A stretch of DNA of 9,375 nucleotides from Amoeboaphelidium protococcarum X5. Taxonomy: Eukaryota; Fungi; Aphelidiomycota. Where the stretch lies: positions 1 to 9,375 of the forward strand of contig JALDTO010000011.1 of the NCBI GenBank assembly GCA_023515725.1. The letters run 5' to 3'. The notes under the pieces were generated by a model. The model was given only the letters and a program-made list of their open reading frames with translations, ran no database searches and was not told where the DNA came from. The position numbers were made by a program, and so were the translations under genes. Within the stretch, counting starts at the first letter, position 1. Each line of letters begins with the position of its first letter. Of this stretch, positions 1 through 8,977 are shown one piece after another.

Positions 1-76
1 TGATGGTGCCAAAGAACGCGGATGTTGATAACATCTCTGCCAATTATGAGAATGGCGTCTTGGAGGTGAAGATTCC
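1..76 (+). repeat. Terminal direct repeat, copy 1 (identical to 9300-9375)
   Basis: tgatggtgccaaagaacgcg...gaggtgaagattcc matches the last 76 bases of the window base for base. Confidence 0.97.
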
Positions 77-125
77 GAAGAAGACTGAAGGTTTACCTCA
101 GAAAAAGGCGATTTCTGTAAACTGA
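1..125 (+). CDS. Small heat-shock protein (Hsp20/alpha-crystallin domain), 3' part
   Basis: The frame starting at base 3 reads MVPKNADVDNISANYENGVLEVKIPKKTEGLPQKKAISVN-TGA(123-125). It contains the alpha-crystallin A-x-Y-x-NGVL-x-V-x-I-P-K motif and a C-terminal I-x-V motif (ISV). Confidence 0.93.
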   Translation, partial: MVPKNADVDNISANYENGVLEVKIPKKTEGLPQKKAISVN

Positions 126-286
126 GAGAATATGATATGTAACATGTGGCACTGTATGTATTGATATAATTTTATGTGAAATAAGGAATTTAATGATAAT
201 GAACTAAATAATACTTATAATGGACTTGAAACAATCTTTGTGATTCTCTACCATCAGCCCTGTCAAACTACGATCTTCGTTTCCGC

Positions 287-982
287 ATGTCGATCATTTC
301 AAAGTTCACGGCACTTGGCGCTACTTTCAGTATGAACGATTTCTTAACAATTATTGTGAAAATATTAGGACTGTTTTTTACTATTGCATGCTTTCATGTT
401 GCGGTGGTCTCCAATGAAAGTCACTTCAAATTCAATGAGAGTGAAGTAAAAGACCCGTTCGCTAAAGTGGTCGTTAAATTCAATCAGAGCGTCAAAGCTG
501 GTGCCTTGCTGATGTATGCTATTGCATTCCTAATGTACGTTGTTCCTCCTTTAAGAATTTATAGATGGCTTACAGTTGGTGGATTATATGATGCTTTTGG
601 CAGAATACGTCAGTGGTCATTTGTCGATACTTTGAGCATTATATTAGTTCTAGGTGGTTGCGCGTTAAGAATTTCAGCCTACCGCGCTCTCGGTCAATAC
701 TTTACCTATGTAGTCACTATCAAAGATGAGCACAAGTTGGTTACAGATGGCCCGTATCAGTATCTGGTCCATCCGTCGTACACTGCGCTTTTACTTGTGA
801 CTATTGGTATGTAACTGTATCATGGCACTCGCAGTTGGATTGTCGTTCTGAACACGGCATTGTTTACCGGTGCTGTTTTGTACAGAATCCAATACGAGGA
901 GGAGGCTTTGTATCAACAATTTGGCCGGCATTATCAAGATTTCATCCACTCACGATACCGTCTAATTCCCTTCCTGTATTGA
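287..982 (+). CDS. Isoprenylcysteine carboxyl methyltransferase (ICMT/Ste14)/PEMT-family integral membrane methyltransferase, 231 aa
   Basis: Hydrophobic helices and the motif ALGQYFTYVVTIKDEHKLVTDGPYQYLVHPSYT. Reading TAA 812-814 as Gln adds QLYHGTRSWIVVLNTALFTGAVLYRIQYEEEALYQQFGRHYQDFIHSRYRLIPFLY-TGA(980-982), which supplies the family's RIxxEE..L...FG..Y and IPF C-terminal motifs. Confidence 0.9.
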
Positions 983-1291
983 TAAGTGAACTTTGGTTGC
1001 TAATATACTTAACGTTTTGGTATACATGATTGCTTTCCTGGACTTGATGTATTCTGCGTTATTCCAAATCTACATGCTTGCGTAATACTGGGCATTACAG
1101 AGCATATCAAATAGACAAAGTCTAAACCGAAACGCTTCGTTCCAAGATGACACGGGCGACGCGTTTTCGATCCGCCGAGCTTTGTCTCAACTCGCCTCTT
1201 TTTCTTTCCTCTTCCAACGCCACGCGCAGAGCTAATACGAAAGCATATATCTTATCACTTTCTATACTTGTATACCGTAGGAAGCCTAAAA

Positions 1292-3713
1292 ATGCACAGT
1301 ATTAATAAGGAGTTGAGTGCAGTCATGATTGCTTTGCTCTCAGGCTAGGTAATTTTAATTTTTAAAGTTCATTTTTCTTTTACATACTGTACAAAGTGAG
1401 TATGTGTGTGTGTAGACTTTGGATGTCAGAAGAGAGTTGATTTTGGAGAAGGTTCTGAGAGATCCTTTGGTGGTTCGGTACAAGCATGACAGATTGAACA
1501 TGAGTAGGCCTGGTAGAATGCACATGGCATTGCAAGTTTGCAAACGAATAGTCTAGTTGAAATGTTAACTGCTGCTTAATAAGGATGAAGTTGCGTACTT
1601 GCTCTATCTTGTTGATGACCTGTTGCCAATCTCGCTTCATTTAACTCTGGTTACAGACTTTATACAGGATCAAGCGTCTGAGTAGCAGGCCAAAGCACTT
1701 GTGCCTCATCTGGAAAGGTTTGAGTACATTGGGTGTTATGCGTAGACGGAATTGGGTCATGGTAGTGATGTTTCCGGTATTCTTACCTCAGCCACTTATG
1801 TCAAGGAACGTGATTAGTTTGATATTCACTCGCCAAGTTTGGAGGCTACCAAGATGTGGGCAGGTGGCTCAGGAATTCTGGCTACGCATGCAATTCTAAT
1901 GGCTCGCCTTATCGTAGACGGTAAAGATTATGGAGTACATGCATTTTTCATACGTATTCGCGATGCTGAGAGTCATAGAGCTATGCCAGGAATATTAATT
2001 GCAGATCTCGGATCTAAGATGGGCGTCAACTCTGCAGACAATGGAGCTATCACTTTTAATCATTACCGCGTTGGTAGAGATTGTCTGCTGATGAAGCATT
2101 GCCAGTTGGATAGAAATGGTGTTTATACTCCACCCAAGGATCCCAAAGCTTTATACAGTGGAATGACTTTGTTGAGAACTTACTTCCTCAATTATTCTGC
2201 TCTAGCTCTATCACGTGCTGTCACTATCGCGGTTAGATACGCTCATGTGAGAAAACAATTTAAAGATATCAACAGTGTAGAGGTCCCTTTGATTCAGCAC
2301 CAGAGTATTTAGTATCGCCTTATTCCTGCAGTGGGTCTAACTTATGCAATTGCGTTTGCATCTTTTAGTTTGAATGTTCGGATGAAGTAGTTGCAGTTTG
2401 GTGGATCTAAAGATAGTCTGAAAGCTTATCACATTTAATGTTGTACGTTGAAGGTGCTGTCTACGGCTGAGAGTGCTAAATGTATTGAAGTGTGCAGAAT
2501 GGCTTGTGGTGGTAATGGGTACTTGAACTGCTCGGGATTTGCTGAAAATTACAATTCTTTTGTCCATATGCTTACTGCTGAAGGGGAAAATCATGTCCTG
2601 AGTCTGCAAGTGGGTAATAGTGCATTGAAATCCGTGGCGTAGGTTGTGTCAGGTTCTAAGCTTGATAATGCAGACTTTGAGTTTCTTCGCAAGCACTATA
2701 AGAATGAATTTGTGGTCACCTCAATCGCTGATGCATAATCAATCGTTGCTGTTTTTGAACACAGAGCAGCTTTGATGGCCTTCAAGTTGTATGATTTAGT
2801 CTAGCAGATGGTTGTCAGTGGATTATCAGAGATTGAGGCAGTTGGTCGTTTACAATCCGATATGTACAAGTTCACATTTGCACTCGGTCAGTATCGTTTG
2901 ATTGAAAACTTTAAAACTGCGCTGGATGGTCCTTTACCCAAATTGCCTTCATTTAAATATGGAAAGCAGTCGGCGTTTAATTTGATGAAGAAACCCTTGA
3001 GCCAGTTGAATGGTGATGTGGCAAGTGCTTTGAATGTGCTATTTAAATGTTATGCCTTCTATTTGATTAACGAAAACACTATGGACTTTGTAGAATGTGG
3101 TTCGCTGAATGCGTCAAAGTTGAAGCAAGTTCTTACGTAGCTGTTGTATTAGAAAGAGTCGTTACTGCAATCTGTTGTTCCCTATTTGCCGATGTTTGTT
3201 AATTCATTGGCTGTTCCAGACTTTGTTGTAAATTCAGCTATTGGCCACTCTGATGGTAAAGTTTACGACCGCGTTTGGGATAGTGTCGTGTTTAGTGGTG
3301 TCAATACGTAGAACTCCTTATTGAACCCTCCTAATCTACAGAAACATGCCAAGAGTTTGACTGATGTTGTGCCTGATGGGAATCTGAATAAAATATTCAA
3401 CAGAGAGATTTATGAGAATTTGAGTGCTTTGTAGATCTCTGTCTCAACTGCTACCCATCAGATCCGCGCCCCTGGTAGAATTATGCGAAATATTGAGGCA
3501 AGATCGGATGGGAAGATGGCAATGTCCTCAATGTACAGCGAGTTGGGAGACGGTCAAGATCATGACTAGGAAACTGAAACGGAGAAGTAATCTGCTGAGA
3601 ATGTGCGTTAATGGATTGAGACGCATGCGCTAGTCATAAAGCCACTGGTATCCGGGGCCGTCTTTGCTGAAGCTCAGGGTGACTCTGGCATGAAGCCCAA
3701 GTCTAATTTGTGA
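1292..3713 (+). CDS. ACOX: Peroxisomal acyl-CoA oxidase, about 784 aa; exons 1292-1348 and 1416-3713
   Basis: One TGA-free frame runs from 1416 to 3713 and joins track ORFs 1839, 2448 and 2808 when TAR=Gln. Motifs: GCYA(Q=TAG)TELGHGSDV, KMWAGG, GVHAF, DLGSKMG..SADNG, AVTIAVRYAHVRKQF, (Q=TAG)YRLIP, CRMACGGNGY, catalytic TAEGEN, NSAIGHSDGKVY. The C-terminus is KPKSNL-TGA (PTS1-like). Exon 1 and the start codon are inferred from splice signals. Confidence 0.92.
1349..1415 (+). other. Spliceosomal intron (67 bp, phase 0) in the acyl-CoA oxidase gene
   Basis: AT-rich GTAATT...TGTAG. Removing it joins MHSINKELSAVMIALLSGQ in frame to TLDVRRELILEK. Confidence 0.75.
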
Positions 3714-3748
3714 ATATTGATTTATTTGACTTTTACCTTAATATATTG

Positions 3749-3836
3749 ACGCGTCTATGAAAATTAAATTTCCTGTTTCACTTTCGGTTTCAGCAGCATT
3801 GGTCGCGCCTTAACGCGTTCTGTAACGTTGACCAAT
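3749..3836. promoter_or_regulatory. Candidate promoter motifs: two ACGCGT (MCB-like) boxes and two CCAAT boxes
   Basis: ACGCGT at 3749-3754 and 3813-3818, ATTGG at 3798-3802 and CCAAT at 3832-3836, all within the 242-bp gap upstream of ATG 3956. Confidence 0.4.
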
Positions 3837-3955
3837 TGACGCCGCTTACATTAGAATGGCTCTGCACTCTGCCCCTCTATTCTACCTTTACATCTCTGAT
3901 TAATTTATACATTTTGGTATTCTATTCACTTTTAATTTTGGAAAATTTTAGGAAA

Positions 3956-4402
3956 ATGACTACCGACGAGTAAACTAATGCTGGTTAGCAGCTTCAGGAT
4001 CAGGCTTCGTTGAAACGTTCACTGGAAGATGGTCCATCTGCTGCTACTCTTGCCTACACCACCAGAACCATTCTTAATTTGAATGATATTGAAGATGAAG
4101 AGAATGACATGGATTACCGTGAAGGCCTGAGTTCCGTCGTTGAGTAGCCAGAAGATGTCCAAACATCTCAGGATCTGCAAGATGGTCAAGACGACGATGA
4201 GGAGGATGATAATGACGATGAAGAGGAGGACTATGATATGATGGACGAAGATCTGGACCCAGAAGAGTATGCAAACTTGGTCAAGGAGGCTGAGATTGAT
4301 CTAAATGATTTGGGAACTCGTTCTCTGCGTACTGGTAAGAGAATTCCACTAAGTTATGAATCCAACTTGGATGAATAACGCGCAGTTTAATCTGAACAAT
4401 GA
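3956..4402 (+). CDS. Small highly acidic protein, 148 aa (possible histone chaperone-like, disordered nuclear protein)
   Basis: With TAR=Gln: MTTDEQTNAGQQLQDQASLKRSLEDG...QDDDEEDDNDDEEEDYDMMDEDLDPEEYANLVKEAEIDLNDLGTRSLRTGKRIPLSYESNLDEQRAVQSEQ-TGA(4400-4402). ATG in AAAATG context, strong GAN codon periodicity, five in-frame TAR. Not present in the ORF track. Confidence 0.82.
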
Positions 4403-4472
4403 TCAAACTGACACAAAGTAAGTAAGTTGTGTGAAACTTGGTCTATCTATTATCTATCAATCTATATTTCAC

Positions 4473-5913
4473 TCAATTTTCCAATTTACTCTTTATATTT
4501 CGTTAAATACTCTCAAAGTATTTGGAACTGGTGCGCTAATCAACATTGCTGGCGAGGCCTTTATCGCGCAAGAGCCAGCCAATTTCAGTTTACATGTCAG
4601 TCTTGGCTCTCTTCAACTAAAAAACTTCTTGCTTTAATCTATCTTGAATAGCTTCAGATTCACTTTTCACAGCATTTAATTCAGTTAAATGTCTTTGAAG
4701 TATCTCTTCTAGTTCACCTCTTCGTTCGCGTTAAACAGCACTGAGCTGATTCTGAATATGGACAACCTCGCGTAAGAGACGATCATTTTAAGCACTCAAC
4801 TACTTCACCGCCAGTTCGGCTTCTTCGCGATTAAATAAAGCTTCTCTAAGGGCGGATTAAACTGAATTAAACTTGTCATCAACAGAGTCGAAATCCTCCT
4901 TGTACCTCCTGACCAGCTTCTAATGAGCATCAACAAGATCAGAAAGATCAGCTTTCAATTTTCGGCTCTCTTTAAGTTCCAAAGCCATGTCTCTCTTCAA
5001 TTTCCTTATGCTAGCTAGTAGAAGCCGATCATTATCCACAATAATCTCGACGTTATTATTACGGTCATGATAGTTATTCAGCCACTGCAAGATATTCATC
5101 TCCTGGCAACATTACTCGAATTCTTCAGTTTTATTTCTAGACGCGTCAAACCATTACTTCATCTTGTGATAGCTCTCTCGCATCGTTTGATCAGACTCCA
5201 TCACCTCTTTATGCTATTTCTCCATCGCATGAATCTAGTTACTCATTTTCATAGTCTTGGCCTACTCCGCTTTCAACTAGATACTCAAATCATGATTGAT
5301 TTCCTTTTATTTAGACAAATGGGAGTTGAGATCGCGAATGGCATCAGATTCTGCCACCAAACTCTGCTTTTCCATCTGTTTCATCTTGGCCTCCAGTTCG
5401 AACGATTTTCTGATCAGCAGCTCGTTGCCCCGTTGATTCTCCATTAAGAGTGTGTTCTCTTCAAGCAAAATATCCACCTTCTTGCGCATAACTACTTCAT
5501 TGTTCTATCTCTTTTTTAGTTCTTCATTCTCCCTTTACAAATCATTCATCTTGTCTTGTACACGTTGCATTTGGGACTCAAACTTCTTCATCACTTCTCG
5601 CTGATACTCCAGTCTCTCATCGTAACCGTGTATCAATGGAATCAAGATTTTATCAAGTTCTTGATTTCTGAATCCTCTCTAAATTAGTTCTATATCATGT
5701 TCAATCTAACTCTGTGGTTCGTGTGGATATCTCATTTGATAAAACTGAGTCAATGCAGCATATCTGGCAACTACAACAATTGTTACATCAACATTTCGTT
5801 TAAGCGTTAGAATACTTACGGCTTTGCTTTAACACACACATTGACTTTGGACTTTATCCCTAATTGTTATCTGTCTTTACTTCTTAAACACCCGCTGCTG
5901 ATATCATTATCAT
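4473..5913 (-). CDS. Coiled-coil protein, CEP89/CCDC123-like (about 460 aa; start uncertain); exons about 5913-5820 and 5770-4473
   Basis: TGA-free minus frame from 5770 to TGA 4475-4473 with about 20 in-frame TAR and E/K/Q/L/M heptad composition. The segment KILIPLIHGYDERL...QRENEELKKR...ILLEENTLLME resembles the CEP89 conserved block as I recall it. The first in-frame ATG is at 5913 if the intron is real; alternatives are 5841 and 5735. Confidence 0.8.
5771..5819 (-). other. Probable spliceosomal intron (49 bp) in the coiled-coil gene
   Basis: The minus strand reads C|GTAAGTATTCTAAC...GTAACAATTGTTGTAG|TT, with a consensus GTAAGT donor and TAG acceptor. An alternative CAG acceptor lies at 5766-5764. 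Confidence 0.6.
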
Positions 5914-6127
5914 TAAGATTTCTTGAATACGAGCTACTAAAGTTTTTCCTTTTTAAAGATTTAACTCTGGCTTAATGGAGAATCCCTTCAACAGAAGTGT
6001 CTCTTGGCAACCATAATCAAGATGGAGATCAATAATAATATCTGACCTTTCAATAAAGTCGTGAAACGAATGGTAAAGTATAAAAAAAATAATATGAATT
6101 ATAGAATTCTATATATCACCTGCTGAA

Positions 6128-7894
6128 TCAATTTTAAGCCACTCCATCGGCTGAGCCATTGACAGCATTGCCTCCAGTGGCGCCAGCAGGTCTGGTGGTT
6201 GGCTTCAAACTCACTTTGTAATCCAACTTATTCGTCACCAACTGCCACATCATTGCATTGATACCTGGAATCAAGTAATAAGCAAAGAGACAGAACGGAA
6301 GACCGGCCCAGTCAATAATCTGATACCACTTTCTGAATGCAACCCGACTCTGAGCGAATTCGTCAATCGCGTCATGGTGATCAACGTCTTTCATCATCAG
6401 ATCGCCTTCATGCGCGAATCGATCACTATTGTCGCTAGCACAATTCTTCAAAGGTGAAGCCAGTTCAACGGAATTGGCCAAAGACTCTTAGCTCATCTTA
6501 TCCTTGACTATCTTCAGGATAGAGGCGCGATAGTGACAAGCCAGATAGTGATATCTCTCATAGGCGAAAGCCACAATAATCGCTGGCGGAATCAACGCCA
6601 AATTGATATACGTAACATACTCAATAACAAAAGAACCAATACCAACCATAGACTGAGGAAATATGATCTGCGCAGTCAGATGGTAGAAACCAAAGTAAGG
6701 CTGGAAAAAGATTTCAAACAGCAGGTAGACACACAGGAACGATCTCAGAGGAGACTTGTACCAGCAACCTTCAATAATGATACTGGAGAAAGCGTAACCA
6801 AAATCCAAAGCTCCCCACAAGTGTCTCAAACTTTACTGGAAACGCGCGTTAACACTACCCAGATAAGTATCAGCTTAAACACAAGAACAACTGGCAGGAA
6901 CATAGATAGGAGTTGCAATCAAATTCATGCCCAGCTTGGTCCAACACTTCAGAGCCATGTGCATATCTTCACCGATAGCCTCTGGACCGGCATCCCAAAA
7001 GCCAACACGTTCAGCCAACTGCATAGTGATGGTGTACACTGAGCACGGAAACTTGACCACCAACTGAAAATTACTCATCAAACCGATAGACCAACAGATA
7101 TCCGCAAGTCTCACCACAAATGGCACGTCATTCGCATTACGGTCAAAAATCAGAGTAGGTGCAAACAGCATGCGCTTCTACTCATCCTCAGTGGCAATGC
7201 AATACTTGTAAGTAAGACAATCAAAGTACTTGGAAGTCAGATGAGTATCAGCATCCATGACAGTGATCACTTCATTCTTGGAATCATTGGCCAACATCCA
7301 ATTCTGATGATAGTAAGTGGCAGCCCATGCAACATTAGAACTCTTACCACGAGCCTCACCCGCAATACCAGATGGATGTACAGTGTACTTCATATCGAAA
7401 AAGCGATGACCAAATTCTTTAATCAAGCCCTCGGCCTTCTCTTCGCATCCCTTCTCGCCCTGCTCCATAGCCATGATGACTTTATAACAGTTCTTGGCCT
7501 AATAGTGATGAGCCAGAGTATCTAGAGTCTCGCACAGCACATCGCGATCCTCTTTATAGTTTGGTATAATGATCACATGCTTCACAGCAGATGGCTTGAC
7601 ATCAATCTCTCTTTCACCTTCCCAGCTGGCGACGACATCCCTATACTTGGCCATCCAGTCGAGATCAATGTGTTTTCTAGTCTTTATAGCGGTAATCACC
7701 AGACCGACAGCCAGGCGGACAGCGTTAGTCACCAGACACAATTTGAGCAGAGCTACCACCACCCAATACAGACCAGTGAGGTATAGCGGACCAAGGAAGA
7801 GCAGCAATGCTCCCAGAATGAACACTACACCGGGTATTCTCTACGACACAGCCCTCAAGGCTTACTAGAGCTGCAAATTTAGACTCTTTGACAT
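6128..7894 (-). CDS. Membrane glycosyltransferase family 2 (Glyco_trans_2_3-like, fungal-type), 588 aa, intronless
   Basis: Five track ORFs (7825, 7474, 7171, 6829, 6481) share one frame and are separated only by TAR codons. Start MSKSLNLQLQQALRAVSQRIPG at 7894; end ...ADGVAQN-TGA(6130-6128). Motifs IIIPNYKE, GKSSNV, MDADT (DxD), IGEDMH and RFQ(Q=TAA)SLRHLWG (QxxRW-like). Transmembrane helices lie on both sides of the catalytic domain. Confidence 0.92.
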
Positions 7895-8849
7895 TACGAT
7901 TTTTACAACAGATTCTTCTTATAATGGACTGCAAATTATTAAATACAAATGCAAAAACTATTACGGTGAGGATATATAGAGCTAGCTTCTTGATCAATAA
8001 TATGATGATGATGCAGCAGCAATTTATCCTATTTCGGAAGAGAAAGTTTATTGTTTACTTGGCACGAAGATCAGTCTCTAAGGAATCGTCGCAGTGAATT
8101 GAAATAGCAGTGTTTATAGATCAAGACAGCACTGGCGATAACGACGAGTAAATATATATAGATATACTAGCTCTACTACTAATACCAACAGCAATGTGCA
8201 GTGATGAACAACAAAAACTGATCAATAAACACGGTGTGTAACTACAAAGATTAAAGTCCGACGCCGCCTACTTTTAGGGCGTGTGGCACTGATTTTGCAC
8301 AGCGATTCGAAAAAATACTCCTGAAAATGTGGTCTTTGCTCCCGTTGACTCCTGATCATGATTTTTGATTTGAGGCTTACGGCTCTCGGTGGCTTATGAT
8401 TGGTCATTTCAAGGCGACGACTGCGTGACTTTTGTGTAGATTATATGGTGGCTTCTATTACGAGCTAAGTGGTCCAATTCGTGATTTTAAAGTTTACTAA
8501 GTGGATGCTGCAAGTTCAAAGCTTTGTTGAGAATAGGACTATCTACAACTAGCATAATCACGTTTTCTTAAATTTCAATCGTCTTGCAATGTGACTTTAG
8601 GTAGCGTTGGAGAGGCTAATGTGAGAAGATACATATGTGGTCAAAGAAAGACTGTTATACTGCTCTGTAATGATTGTTCTCCGAATACAACTTGATTCCG
8701 CTCTTTTAAAACATAGCTTCACTTCATTATCAGGTTAATACTCATTCTGGCATGGAACAGTTAAAATAACCACAAAGCAAATGCCGTGCTGTCTGATAGA
8801 ATGATCGCGAACAATTGTTTCAGTCGAATCACACAGTGTGGAATCAACG

Positions 8850-8864
8850 CGAAAGTTCTCGAAT
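8850..8864 (+). promoter_or_regulatory. Heat-shock element (HSF binding site)
   Basis: cGAAagTTCtcGAAt is three perfect alternating nGAAn units. Another in-phase GAA lies at 8841-8843. The element is about 115-130 bp upstream of the Hsp20 ATG. Confidence 0.85.
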
Positions 8865-8880
8865 GATAATATGATCACAC

Positions 8881-8887
8881 TATAAAA
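8881..8887 (+). promoter_or_regulatory. TATA box of the Hsp20 gene
   Basis: TATAAAA lies 16 bp downstream of the HSE and is followed by an A-rich leader and AAAAAATG. Confidence 0.75.
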
Positions 8888-8977
8888 CGGCATATTACAC
8901 ACTCTCACTCTTTATCCTCCTTACGATCTGTAACAATTAAAAGCGAATAAAAGAAAAACTATAAGCAAGGATAAAAA

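Noticed and set aside
835-4274. Track ORFs 835, 1355, 1380, 1699, 2337, 3424 and 4074
   Set aside because: Off-frame or antisense to the better-supported methyltransferase, oxidase and acidic-protein frames.
4442-4466. TCTA/TATC low-complexity run between converging genes, and the (TG)n run at 1403-1413
   Set aside because: Short, imperfect microsatellite-like sequence with no evidence of function and no CRISPR-like spacing.
4427-5447. Plus-strand track ORFs 4427, 4431 and 5067
   Set aside because: They are antisense shadows of the coiled-coil gene (L/F/H-rich mirror of E/K/M codons) with no motifs.
6533-8097. Plus-strand track ORFs 6533, 7241, 7569, 7577, 7888 and minus-strand 7725-7997
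   Set aside because: Antisense or off-frame overlaps of the GT2 gene and its leader.
8194-8407. Short ORFs in the divergent intergenic region (minus 8407-8222; plus 8194-8292 with TAR=Gln)
   Set aside because: Short, with no recognisable motif or coding bias. Such frames are expected by chance.
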